NCBI GenBank assembly: GCA_965205425.1
Contig: CBDBGZ010000007.1
Span: 53,203 to 117,202 of the forward strand
Length of the DNA stretch: 64,000 nucleotides
Origin: Nitrosopumilus sp.
GTDB taxonomy: Archaea; Thermoproteota; Nitrososphaeria; Nitrososphaerales; Nitrosopumilaceae
Direction: 5' to 3'
Shown: piece by piece, positions 22,349 to 35,000 of the stretch
Layout: every line of letters begins with the position of its first letter
Numbering within the stretch: position 1 is the first letter of the stretch
Position numbers and translations under genes: made by a program
Notes under the pieces: model-generated
Database searches by the model: none
What the model was told of the DNA's origin: nothing
Seen by the model: the letters and a program-made list of their open reading frames with translations, nothing else

Positions 22349-25300
22349 CTATTCTACAGAAATCTTGATTTTCTGGCCATCAATGTCGTCTTCTTTGTAT
22401 TCTTTACACGTTTTTTCAAAGTTGACTTGTTTTACTCTGACCAAAAATGCCAACTCTTTTGCCTTTTCTTTCATCATTTCAAGTGATTCTTCATCTAGTT
22501 CCAAAATTGATGCCACCTCTAACACATCAGTTGGTGTGTATCCTCTTTCTTTTCTAAGTGTTTGAAGTCTTCTTGCAATGTCTTTTACCAATCCTTTTGC
22601 CATCATCTCTTTGTTTCTGGCAGTTGAAATCAGTACAATGTAATTGTCTCTTTTTGCAACTGCAAAATCCTCACTTGCATCAAAGTCAATTATGAAATCT
22701 TCATTATCTAATGAAATTATTTCTCCATCAATAGTAAAATCATATTTTCCATCTTTTTGTAATGCTGAAATTATTTCTTCAGGATTTGTTTCATTAAATG
22801 TTGAAACTAGTTTTCCCATGTGCTGTTTTGCTTTTGGTCCTATTCTTTTTCTTTCTAATTCTATCACTCCTTTGACTGGTAATCCTAATTGTTTTAATTC
22901 TAAAACTTGTTCTAATCCTGACTCTGTTTCTGTTTCTGTAATGCTGAACTTTTCTACGTTAAGCTGGGATTGTAATAGTTCTGATAGGGATTCGAGTTTT
23001 ACTTTTTGACCTTTCTTCACACAAATCTGCGCTTCATTTAATGGCCATCTCCTCTTTAGCTTCCCCTTCATTCTTGCTGCAGATGATATTGATATAACAT
23101 CTTTCATTATATCAAATGATTCTTCAATCTCTTCATTGACTAGTGATTCTTGATATGATGGCCATTTGTTTAATAGTATGCTCTGCTTTCCTGAGAATAC
23201 TGTTTGATACAGATGCTCACTAGTAAATGGACAAAATGGATGAATCAAAATATCTAGTGTTTTGAGGACTTCACTTAACACTGCATAGATTGATAATCTT
23301 CTGTTCTTCTTTGCTTCATCCTCATCCCACAATTCCCCTCGTGTAATTGGAATGTAGATTTGGCTTAGATTGTTAATTATGAAATCATCAATTGCTTTTG
23401 CACCTTCATGGAATTTACATGTCTGATTTTTCTCAGTTAGTGTTTGAATTAATTTTTGAAGCTTTGATAGTAGCCAGATATCTGGATATGTAAGTAAATC
23501 GTTTTGTTTTGCCCATTCAATGGTGTTTGATTTATCAAAATTATCGTATTGACTATTTTGCTGAAAATACAGATGTAAATTGAATAGTGTATTGATTACC
23601 TGATATGGTCTTGACATGAGTTCATCAGTACTGAAACTTAGTGGCTCAATTGGACTTGCTTTCCACATAAAGTAGAATCGTATCAAATCTACTGGATATT
23701 TTTGTAATAGTTCTGCCCCTTCCAAAACATTTCCTTTACTTTTACTCATCTTTCCACCTTTCTCATCTAACACATGTCCCTGGAACAAAAATGCCTTGTA
23801 GGGCGGAGTTGCAGAGTTGTTTAAAATCACATTTTCAATTAGTAATGTATATGCCCATCCTCTAGTCTGGTCAATTCCTTCTGTGAAAAATGGTGCAGGA
23901 ATTTCATTAGAATATTCTTCATCAGTTAATGATGCATATGGTGCAGACCCACTGTTGTGCCATGTGTCTAGAACATATTCTTCTCTCTTTGTGTTGACTC
24001 CGTTACATTTTTTGCATTTTATTGTAATGTTGTCAATCCATGGTCTATGTAGTTCAAAGTCTGGACCGTCTGGTAATTTGTCAGCTGATGCTACAATATC
24101 TTTTCTTGTAAAGAACCAATTTTTCTCACCACAATCTTCACAATTCCAAACCGGTAGTGGGCATCCCCAAATCCTTTCTCTGGAAATACACCATGGGTGT
24201 CTTTCTTTGATAATTCCCAAAAATCTGTTTTTTGGCTGTTCAAAAAAATACTCTACATTTTCTGCCGCATCAATTGCTTTGTTTTCTAGTCTGTCTAATT
24301 TGTAAAACCATCCTCTTCTTGCAAGCCACACAATTGGGTGATGTGACCTCCAGCAAAGTGGGTATTTGTGCTTGATTTTACCAATTTTTACTAGGGCATT
24401 GTGCTCCTTTAGATCCTCTACAATTGGTCTGTCTGCATCTCTGACAAACATCCCTTGGTATTTTCCGGCCTTGTCTGTAAATTTCACCTCATCATTGATT
24501 GGGCTGAAAATTTTGACCTTTCTTTTATTTGCAATTTTGATATCTTCCTCTCCGTTTGCAGGTGACAGATGTACTAGTCCACTTCCGGTACTTGCATCAA
24601 CAAATGTTTCTGATACTGCAACATGATAATTTTCCAATTTTGAAATTTCATTTAACTCTGGAATTAAATCTAATAATGGATGGATGTATTTTTTTCCTTC
24701 AAACTCTGAACCTTTTGACGTTTTCTCAATGGTATATTTTTCAATTTTTAACTCAACCATTAATTCTTCTAATCTTGTTTTTCCAATCACCCATGTCTCA
24801 TTTTCCACTTTAACATATGCATATTCTTCTTCTGGTTGTAGTCCTACCATTGCATCAGTAACTAGTGTAAATGGCATTGTAGTCCATACTATCAAAAATG
24901 CATCTTCGTTGACTAGTTTTACTTTATAGTACAATGATGGATCTTTGACTTCTTCATATCCTTGATTTACTTCGGCATGACTAAGTGATGTTTGACAACT
25001 AGGACAGTATGCAATTACTGTGAAATCTTCTTCTAGAATTTTATTTTCATATGCTTTTTTAAGTACTTGCCATTCTCTTTCAATAAATTCATCTCTAAAA
25101 GTCCAATATGCTTTTTCATGATTAAATGACATTCCAAGTAAATCATCAACTTCTATCCATGTCTTGTTGAATTTCTCTACAACTTTTTTACATTCAGAGA
25201 CAATCCTCTCCACTCCAAATTCCTTGATGGCCTCAGTTTTTCCTCCTGACACTCCAAGCTCTTTTTCTACCTGCAATTCCACTGGGAGTCCTTGTGTGTC

Positions 25301-25546
25301 CCATCCTCCGTTGAATTCGATTTTTTTTCCTTGTAGTGTATTGAATCTATACCACAAATCTTTGATTACTCTACCTCTAAGATGCCCTGCGTGTGGAATA
25401 CCATTCATTGTAGGTGGTCCTTCGATAAATCGAATTTTTTCAGGTTTGTCTGATGCAAAAATCTGTTTTTCTAAATCAATGGATTTTATGTATTCTTTAA
25501 CTTGAGATTCTATTGCTTTGGCATCAAATTTGGTGGATAGTTCCAT
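22349..25546 (-). CDS. ileS: Isoleucine--tRNA ligase
   Basis: EGPP..NG.PHAGH, WCISR, EGIDQTRGW, KMSKS motifs. Confidence 0.97.
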   Translation of the reverse strand: MELSTKFDAKAIESQVKEYIKSIDLEKQIFASDKPEKIRFIEGPPTMNGIPHAGHLRGRVIKDLWYRFNTLQGKKIEFNGGWDTQGLPVELQVEKELGVSGGKTEAIKEFGVERIVSECKKVVEKFNKTWIEVDDLLGMSFNHEKAYWTFRDEFIEREWQVLKKAYENKILEEDFTVIAYCPSCQTSLSHAEVNQGYEEVKDPSLYYKVKLVNEDAFLIVWTTMPFTLVTDAMVGLQPEEEYAYVKVENETWVIGKTRLEELMVELKIEKYTIEKTSKGSEFEGKKYIHPLLDLIPELNEISKLENYHVAVSETFVDASTGSGLVHLSPANGEEDIKIANKRKVKIFSPINDEVKFTDKAGKYQGMFVRDADRPIVEDLKEHNALVKIGKIKHKYPLCWRSHHPIVWLARRGWFYKLDRLENKAIDAAENVEYFFEQPKNRFLGIIKERHPWCISRERIWGCPLPVWNCEDCGEKNWFFTRKDIVASADKLPDGPDFELHRPWIDNITIKCKKCNGVNTKREEYVLDTWHNSGSAPYASLTDEEYSNEIPAPFFTEGIDQTRGWAYTLLIENVILNNSATPPYKAFLFQGHVLDEKGGKMSKSKGNVLEGAELLQKYPVDLIRFYFMWKASPIEPLSFSTDELMSRPYQVINTLFNLHLYFQQNSQYDNFDKSNTIEWAKQNDLLTYPDIWLLSKLQKLIQTLTEKNQTCKFHEGAKAIDDFIINNLSQIYIPITRGELWDEDEAKKNRRLSIYAVLSEVLKTLDILIHPFCPFTSEHLYQTVFSGKQSILLNKWPSYQESLVNEEIEESFDIMKDVISISSAARMKGKLKRRWPLNEAQICVKKGQKVKLESLSELLQSQLNVEKFSITETETESGLEQVLELKQLGLPVKGVIELERKRIGPKAKQHMGKLVSTFNETNPEEIISALQKDGKYDFTIDGEIISLDNEDFIIDFDASEDFAVAKRDNYIVLISTARNKEMMAKGLVKDIARRLQTLRKERGYTPTDVLEVASILELDEESLEMMKEKAKELAFLVRVKQVNFEKTCKEYKEDDIDGQKIKISVE

Positions 25547-25627
25547 CTTGAATTCCGGTATGTTTGTGGCATTATAAAGCTAAATTGATTTTTTGAGACT
25601 TGGATTATATAATTAGGTAAAAGATAA

Positions 25628-26887
<1,260 letters not shown>

Positions 26888-26897
<10 letters not shown>

Positions 26898-27451
26898 GTC
26901 TGTATCATATTATCTTCAGTAACAATCCAATCTATTGGGATGTCATGTTCTGACTTTGGAATATTTTTAATAATCTGTTTTTCATATGTGAGCGAAATTG
27001 TAGTCGTTTTATTTTCAGCTAAAAATTTATCGTAAAATCCATGACCGTATCCAAGTCTAATTCCTAATGGGGATATTCCTACAGTTGGAACTAAAATCAC
27101 ATCTAGACTGTTATCTGCTGGACAGTCATCTTTAGGCTCCATAATGTCAAAACTTCCTTGTTCTAGGCTCGAAAAATCAACAATTTTTCTAAATTCCATT
27201 TTCTCTCCGATAACTTTGGGGAGAAAAACATCTTTTCCTTGACTGATTAATTCTTGAATAATATCTTGTGTGAATACCTCGCTTCCAATTGGATAGTACA
27301 CTCCGATTTTTTGAGCATTTTTGAAGGCAAAAACTTTCTTTAATTTTTTTTGTATTTTACTACTTACAATCTTCATTAAATCAAAAGATGTATTGTCTCT
27401 TTGTTCTAAAAGACGATTTCGAAGTGATTCTTTTTCAGGATTATCTTCCAA
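26888..27451 (-). CDS. 5-formyltetrahydrofolate cyclo-ligase
   Basis: RLGYGHGFYD and HD..D..VTE motifs. Confidence 0.92.
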
Positions 27452-28304
27452 TTTGACTACTCAATGATGCTGCTGTGATGGTATTTTTTAATAGCATGGC
27501 AACTGTCATGGGTCCAACTCCCCCTGGAACTGGTGTTGCAAAAGATGCTTTTTGAATGATATCTTCATAATCTGAATCACCTAATAGTTTTTCTTCAAAT
27601 CTTGAAATTGCAACATCGATAACTATTGCTCCTTCTTTGATCATATCTGATGTTAATCTGAATTTGGTTCTATCCCCCACTGCTGTAATTATGATATCAG
27701 CTGCTTGACAAAGTTTTGTCAGGTTCTTTGTTTTGGAATGGCATGTAAGTACAGTTGCATTTTTTTCTAACAGTAAATGGTATAGTGGTTTTCCAACCAA
27801 GTTGCTTCTGTTAATTAGTACGATATTTTTCCCTTCCAAATCAATTCCATGATAATCAAACATCTCCATTACCCCTGATGGCGTACATGCAACTAGTGCT
27901 GCTTTTTTCATTGCCAGCAATCCTGCATTATGTGGGGTTAGGCCATCTACATCTTTGATTGGTGATATTCTTGAGGTAGTGGCAAATTCATCTAATTGGG
28001 TTGGTAATGGTAATTGGACTAGAATTCCATGAACTGTACTGTCTGAGTTTAATTCCTCGATAATTTTTGTTAATTCTGGCTGTGTGATATTTGCATCTAG
28101 TTTGTGGTCTTTGGTTGCAATTCCAACTTCTTCACAGGCCTTGTGTTTGTTTTTGACATATGTGGCAGATGCTGGATTATCTCCAATTAACACTGTGGCT
28201 AGGCATGGATTGATGCCTTGTTTTTTTAGTTCTGCTGCTGCCTGTTTGACTCTATCTTTAACTGATTGAGCAATAATCTTCCCATCAATTCTAACTCCTG
28301 TCAT
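27441..28304 (-). CDS. folD: Methylene-THF dehydrogenase/cyclohydrolase
   Basis: GILVQLPLP, KDVDG, TPVPGGVGPMTVAML motifs. Confidence 0.96.
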   Translation of the reverse strand: MTGVRIDGKIIAQSVKDRVKQAAAELKKQGINPCLATVLIGDNPASATYVKNKHKACEEVGIATKDHKLDANITQPELTKIIEELNSDSTVHGILVQLPLPTQLDEFATTSRISPIKDVDGLTPHNAGLLAMKKAALVACTPSGVMEMFDYHGIDLEGKNIVLINRSNLVGKPLYHLLLEKNATVLTCHSKTKNLTKLCQAADIIITAVGDRTKFRLTSDMIKEGAIVIDVAISRFEEKLLGDSDYEDIIQKASFATPVPGGVGPMTVAMLLKNTITAASLSSQIGR

Positions 28305-28397
28305 GACTCTGTTTTTGATTTGTAGATATTTAATTCTTGGAATTTTTTGATGAAAATCTGGGAAAAGAAATTAAATGGTTATTTTTCTAGTCATATC

Positions 28398-28682
28398 ATG
28401 TTTGTAATGATTGCCGATATCACTATCAAAGAGGGAGCCGAAGAGGACTTCAAATCTTGGTTTGCAGAATCAAACAAAGTACTATGTAACTTTCCTGGAT
28501 TCATTTCAAGAAAATTCCTAAAATCTTCTGATGGCAGTTATCGAATTCTAGTAGAGCATGAAAGTAAAGAGACCTTTGTCAAAATGCATCAAAGTCCTGA
28601 ACATGAAAAAGTTCATCCAACTGGGCATTCTTTTATGAGTTCAGATCCTCAGAGAAAAACATACACTGTAGCTGCTGAGTGA
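28398..28682 (+). CDS. Antibiotic-biosynthesis monooxygenase family protein
   Basis: PGFISR..ES.E.F...H.S.EH pattern. Confidence 0.7.
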   Translation: MFVMIADITIKEGAEEDFKSWFAESNKVLCNFPGFISRKFLKSSDGSYRILVEHESKETFVKMHQSPEHEKVHPTGHSFMSSDPQRKTYTVAAE

Positions 28683-28999
28683 TATTGAAGCTAGATTATG
28701 ATTTAGATGCATATCTTGAGAAAATAAAAAATAGTAATTCATATTTTCATACTTTTATCAACAAATCTAGTTTAGCTACTGGAGTACTGGTTTTAAAACC
28801 TGGAGAGGAAGATACACAAACTCCTCATGATAGTGATGAGGTATATTATGTGATTTCAGGTAATGGCTTTTTGAAAATCAAAGACAAAGATTACAAGATT
28901 TCAAAAGGTAAACTGTTCTTTGTAGCAAAAGATGTCGGGCACTATTTTCATGGAAATACAAAAGAATTACAGGTCTTGTATTTTTTTGGGTGGTCCTGA
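28679..28999 (+). CDS. Cupin domain protein
   Basis: QTPHDSDEVYYVISG..H.F; possible extra G at the 3' end (FFGWS versus FFGGPDS). Confidence 0.8.
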   Translation: MILKLDYDLDAYLEKIKNSNSYFHTFINKSSLATGVLVLKPGEEDTQTPHDSDEVYYVISGNGFLKIKDKDYKISKGKLFFVAKDVGHYFHGNTKELQVLYFFGWS

Positions 29000-29002
29000 T
29001 TC

Positions 29003-29620
29003 TTAACTGATTATTGTCCTTCTTCCTGAAACTTTGATTTTCTTTCTTGCAAAAAGATTGACAGCTTCAGGATAAATTCTATGTTCTTCTTTTAATATTC
29101 TTTTTGATAGTGATTGTTCTGTATCTTTTTCACTGACTTTGACTGTTGCCTGAATTATTACAGGACCTGTATCCATTCCTGCATCTACAAAGTGTACTGT
29201 ACATCCTGAATATTTGGCACCATATTCTATTGCTTGTTTCTGTGAATCCAATCCTGGAAATGCTGGAAGTAATGCTGGATGAATATTGATTATTTTATTT
29301 TTGTATTTTTTTACAAATTCTGGACTGATAATTCTCATAAATCCTGCCAGACATACTAGGCCATTTTTTGGAGTAACCCCGTACTTTGCTAGTATGGCAA
29401 TTATTTTTTTGTCATATTCTGCTCTGGTTCCTTTGAAGCCTTTGCTTTCAATTATTTCTATGTTGACTCCTAGTTTTTGAGCAATTCTTAATCCCTTGAC
29501 ATCTGGTTTGTTTGAGATTACTATTGCTGGATTAATTGGGATCTTTTTTTTCTTTATTGTCTTTAGGATTGATTCCATGTTACTTCCCCTGCCTGAGATT
29601 AAAATTCCTAGATTTAGCAA
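29003..29620 (-). CDS. purN: Phosphoribosylglycinamide formyltransferase
   Basis: SGRGSN, LAGFMRI, NIHPALLP, GCTVHFV motifs. Confidence 0.96.
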   Translation of the reverse strand: MLNLGILISGRGSNMESILKTIKKKKIPINPAIVISNKPDVKGLRIAQKLGVNIEIIESKGFKGTRAEYDKKIIAILAKYGVTPKNGLVCLAGFMRIISPEFVKKYKNKIINIHPALLPAFPGLDSQKQAIEYGAKYSGCTVHFVDAGMDTGPVIIQATVKVSEKDTEQSLSKRILKEEHRIYPEAVNLFARKKIKVSGRRTIIS

Positions 29621-29840
29621 CTAATTGTTGATGAACAAGCCTGCAATTAATTCTAACTGTGATTGAATCGACTGGATTTTGTAGATTAACTCTGTTTTTT
29701 TGACATTTGAGACTTTGTATTGTTTGTGAGAATGAGATTAGATTCAGGTGATTGGGTATATGCTGCCCCTAGATTATTATGGAATAATTTTCAATAATTC
29801 TAGATGGACTTTGTATCCTTTGCAAAAACAATTCACATGG

Positions 29841-30879
29841 ATAATTCTTGTTCCTTTCTCTGACATCTTTCTTGCATATGCCTTTACAGGGGTCTCAAGA
29901 TTATCCCAGTCAAGTGACATGTGTGGCTTTATGTGATTGTACCAGTGGACCAGCTCATCAATGGTGCCAAACCATTTCTGCTTTCTCTGAATCTCGCCGT
30001 GAAATCTTTCTAACTTTCCATTTGTCTGTGGATGATTCACTCTTGCCATGATATGTTTTATTCCAAGTCTAACCAGTTCTTGCTCAAACTGTGATGCTCC
30101 TTTTCTCTTGTATTCTGATTGGTTTGCATAAAACTGGGAGCCATGATCAGTTAGAATTGATGCAGGCCTACCGTGCTTTGCAATTGCCTCATGTAATACC
30201 ACAAGTGCGTTATCTGTTGTTGCCTCTGCAAACACTCCATGAGAAACGATAAACCTTGATGCGTCATCCTGGTAGCATAAGAACCATCTGCCATCATCTA
30301 GCTTCTTCCAGTCAGTATGCCACATGGAGTTTGAATATGTCCTCTCGTATCTAACCCACTTTCGTCTTCTCCTCTTCTTTGGCTGAGCTTCTGCCAACCC
30401 TTCATCTCTCATAATTTTATGTATGGTATTGTGAGGTATGTGTGAGAACACCTCGTGGATTTATTTTTCAAACAAGAACTCATAATTTTATGTATGGTAT
30501 TGTGAGGTATGTGTGTTCCAGTAGTATCAATTATTTTCTCCAAGAATACTGCAGAACACCTGAACTTTTCAAATGTAGACTGGACAGTCTGCACCATCTG
30601 CTCTGTGATTATTCCCTTTGGCCTTCCAGGCTTGCCTAGAATCGGAACTGCACCAGTACGGCGATACCGTGAGTAGAGTTTCTGCACCCACCGAACAGAT
30701 ATCTTCATGGATGAGGCTACGTCTGCGTTCTTGGCACCAATCCTCTTTTGACTTGATTATCCAGGATATCTGGATTGGATCTAACTTTTGCATAATCTTG
30801 TGATTCTTTCCTCTTTTCCAAACGTATCTTGACTTTAGTCTGGAAATAATGGGGTGAACTAATTTGAGGATAATAGACA
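29841..30879 (-). mobile_element. IS481-family element type A, copy 2 (3'-truncated, inactivated)
   Basis: Near-identical to copy 1; extra base near 30739; 71-bp insertion/duplication at 30445-30515. Confidence 0.88.
30408..30515. repeat. 37-bp exact direct repeat enclosing a 34-bp unique insert
   Basis: CTCATAATTTTATGTATGGTATTGTGAGGTATGTGTG at 30408-30444 and 30479-30515; single in IS copy 1. Confidence 0.92.
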
Positions 30880-30892
30880 GAACCCCCATTTC

Positions 30893-31918
30893 GGGTGTGT
30901 CCTAAAAGTAGACAAATATAACAATTTTATTCAATTCTGTAACATATTGATCGCATGGAATCACAACAACTATGCAAAACAAATCAAAAAGAGACTGGCA
31001 AGTATATGGCACATATCGCAAGGATGAGGAGATTCTATTCTTGGAAAAAGTAAAGAAGACAGTTTGGAGTATGGATACACCATGGGAACCAAAGACAGGC
31101 GGACGTCCTGCATTTCCAACAAAAGCAAAGATAATGTGTGCAATGCTAAAGGTAAAGTTTGGATTGGATTATCGTTCCATGGAGTCCCACTTGAGATCAA
31201 GGCCGGATCTGTTGGAAATAATGGAGCTCAAAAAAGCACCAAGCAAGACTGTCATTAATGACAGTCTAAAAAGAATTCCAATGCCTTATTTGAAAAAGGT
31301 AAACGCAAAACTCACAGAACCAATCAAAAAAAAGACATAGCTCCTGACAGTTCAGGATTTGGTACCAAAAGATGTGAGGCTTGGTTTGACATCAAGACAA
31401 ACACGCACAAATCCAAGAAATTATATCTAAAACTGCACATCCTAATTGCAATACAGTCCATGGCAATAGTATCTTTTGACATTACTAAAGGAACTCGTGG
31501 TGATGCACCAATTCTCAAAAAACTAATCAAAGACATTCCAAAGGGAATTGGTGATTTTTGTGCAGATCCTGCATATTTGTCACGAGACATTTGCAATATG
31601 GTAGCTACTCTGCAAAAGATACCATACATCAAACCAAAGAAGAACACAGTTAGAAATCCCAAAGGCTCTGCATCATGGAAAAAAATGATAACATTATTCC
31701 AGGACAATCAAGATGAATTTGACAGACATTATCACAAGAGGTCACTTGTTGAATCAGTATTTGCAGTACTCAAAAGAATCTTTGGAAATAGCTTGTCATC
31801 AAAAAACAAGTTGGTTCAAAGAAAAGAGTTGGCGTTGCGTGTAATTTGTTACAACATACGAGTTGTTAATTTGATGGGGGTTACAAAACATGTTAGAGGA
31901 TAGTTTTAGGACACACCC
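30893..31918 (+). mobile_element. IS5-family element type C, two ORFs joined by a -1 frameshift
   Basis: 15-bp IRs GGGTGTGTCCTAAAA; 9-bp TSD CCCCATTTC; A8G slippery run; DSSG, ADPAY, RSLVESVF motifs. Confidence 0.9.
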
Positions 31919-32019
31919 CCCCATTTCAATATATTTAATAATGCCAATTCATTCAGGTTTGTGAATAGAATATGGGGGGGGGGCTTGATTAATCTTGATT
32001 GTATTGTGTGGGGTAATTA

Positions 32020-35000
32020 TTGTTGAATAGATTCAATCTTTCATTATTGTCTGTAATTTTGGTATTAGGTGTTGCATCTGTAGTTCCAATACAAGATGCA
32101 TTTGCAGCTACTCCTGCACGTACTGTAGATACCGTATCTGATCCTTCAGATACTTTTAATATTGTATCTCTAACCGTTAGTGCACTTACCACAAGTGGTG
32201 CAGATGATATATTTGAAGAGATGAATCTTGATGAAAATGACCTTCTTTTCCCAAATGCTGTTTTATCTGATGATGATCATGAATTTTTGAAAAAGAAGCT
32301 ACTGCATAGCTCTTGGGCAAACTCCAATACTATTGATTCACTGTACAATAATAATGATAATAATGAGAACCCTCTCAGTGAATCTGAGAAAAAGACAGTA
32401 CATGAATTTCTTTTGGCGTTGCATGGGGATATCGATGTATTAAATGAACAGTCATATCCTACTGTAGGGGGATACTGGACTGTAGAGTTTGTTACAAAGG
32501 GAACTCATGACTTGATAGTCTCTGCAATTAATGCAACAAGCTTTGGAGCTGGATTGCCTGATGATGTAGAGTTTATCTCACTTTATGATTCTGATGGAAG
32601 TGAAATTGCACCTGAATTTATTTATGATGACTCTGGTTCTAATGCCTCTGTTGTATTTCCGGATTATTCAAACGATGATGTTGGCTCATTTAAGATGCTT
32701 GTACACACTCCTGGCAAACACCATCTAAAATTTGAGTTTGGTAATGATGTTGCATATGCAAACAACAATGCGTATCCGAATTCTACTATAGAAATAAACG
32801 ATTCTACTTTCAACGGCCCAGAACTCTCTAACTCTGATCAATTCGGTTCCTCCATTGTAAACATTGGTGACCTCAACGGTGACGGTACATCTGATATTGC
32901 AGTAGGTGCGCCAGGTGATGATGATGGAGGTGGTAGTAGTGGCGCCATACACATCTTGTTTATGAATGATGACGGCTCTGTAAGCCAAACCATAGAAATA
33001 AACAGCTCTACTCAAAATGGCCCAGAACTATCTAATGGTGACTCCTTTGGCGCATCCATTACAAACATCGGTGACCTCAACGGCGATGGAGTACTAGATA
33101 TTGCAGTAGGTGCGCCAGGTGATGATGATGGAGGAACTAACAGAGGCGCTGTACACATCTTGTTTATGAATGATGACGGCTCTGTAACTAATACAATAGA
33201 AATAAACGATTCTACTCAAAATGGCCCAGAACTATCTAATGGTGACTCCTTTGGCGTATCCATTACAAACATCGGTGACCTCAACGGCGATGGAGTACTA
33301 GATATCGCAGTAGGTGCAACATTCGATGATGATGGAGGAACTAACAGTGGCGCCATACACATCTTGTTTATGAATGATGACGGCTCTGTAACTAATACAA
33401 TAGAAATAAACGATTCTACTCAAAATGGCCCAGAGCTTGAAACTGCCGACCTCTTTGGTTCCTCCATTGCAAACATCGGTGACCTCAACGGCGATGGAGT
33501 ACTAGATATTGCAGTAGGTGCGCAAAGTGATGATGATGGAGGAACTAACAGAGGCGCTGTACACATCTTGTTTATGAATGATGACGGCTCTGTAACTAAT
33601 ACAATAGAAATAAACGATTCTACTCAAAATGGCCCAGAACTATCTAATGGTGACTTCTTTGGCTCCTCCATTGCAAACATTGGTGACCTCAACAATGACG
33701 GTACACCTGATATTGCAGTAGATGCGCATGGTAATGATGATGGAGGAACTAACAGAGGCGCCATACACATCTTGTTTATGAATGATGACGGCTCTGTAAG
33801 CCAAACCATAGAAATAAACGACTCTACTGAACCTGGACCCCGCCTATCTGATAATGTTCTCTTTGGCTTCTCCATTGCAAACATTGGTGACCTCAACGGC
33901 GATGGAGTACTAGATATTGCAGTAGGTGCGCCAGATGATAGCACTGGAGGAACTAACAGAGGCGCCGTACACATCATTTATCTAAGTACTGCAGTTTCTC
34001 ATAGTGGCACTATAGAACAAACCATAGAAATAAACGATTCTACTCCAAATGGCCCAGATCTATCTCAAAATGACATCTTTGGCGTATCCATTGTAAACAT
34101 TGGTGACCTCAACGGTGACGGTACATCTGATATTGCAGTAGGTGCGCAAAGTGATGATGATGGAGGAACTAACAGAGGCGCCATACACATCTTGTTTATG
34201 AATGATGACGGCTCTGTAACTAATACAATAGAAATAAACGATTCTACTCCAAATGGCCCAAGCCTAGATGATGGTGACAATTTTGGTTCCTCCATTACAA
34301 ACATTGGTGACCTCAACGGCGATGGAGTACTAGATATTGCAGTAGGTGCGCCAAATGATGACAACGGCGATACCTCCACTAATCCTGATTTTGGCGCCAT
34401 ACACATCATGCTTATGAATGATGACGGCTCTGTAAGCCAAACCATAGAAATAAACGATTCTACTCAAAATGGCCCAGAGCTTGAAACTGCCGACCTCTTT
34501 GGCTCCTCCATTGTAAACATTGGTGACCTCAACGGCGATGGAGTACTAGATATTGCAGTAGGTGCAACAGGTGATGATGATGGAGGTGGTAGTAGTGGCG
34601 CCATACACATCATGCTTATGAATGATGACGGCTCTGTAAGCCAAACCATAGAAATAAACGATTCTACTCCAAATGGCCCAGAGCTTGAAACTGCCGACCT
34701 CTTTGGCTCCTCCATTGTAAACATTGGTGACCTCAACGGCGATGGAGTACTAGATATTGCAGTAGGTGCAACAGGTGATGATGGTGGAGGAACTGACAGA
34801 GGCGCCATACACATCATGCTTATGAATGATGACGGCTCTGTAACTAATACAATAGAAATAAACGATTCTACTCCAAATGGCCCAAGCCTAGATGATGGTG
34901 ACAATTTTGGTATCTCCATTGCAGGCATTGTTAATCTTGACAGTGACCGCGTATCACATATTGCAGTAGGTGCAAAATTTGGAGATGATGCGGGAAGAGG

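Noticed and set aside
30408..30515. Bona fide CRISPR locus
   Set aside because: Only two repeats, which are transposase coding sequence; no leader or cas genes. Kept only as a possible ectopic integration scar
31972..32019. Translational phase variation through ATG-G-tract fusion
   Set aside because: An in-frame TAA at 32014-32016 blocks any upstream extension
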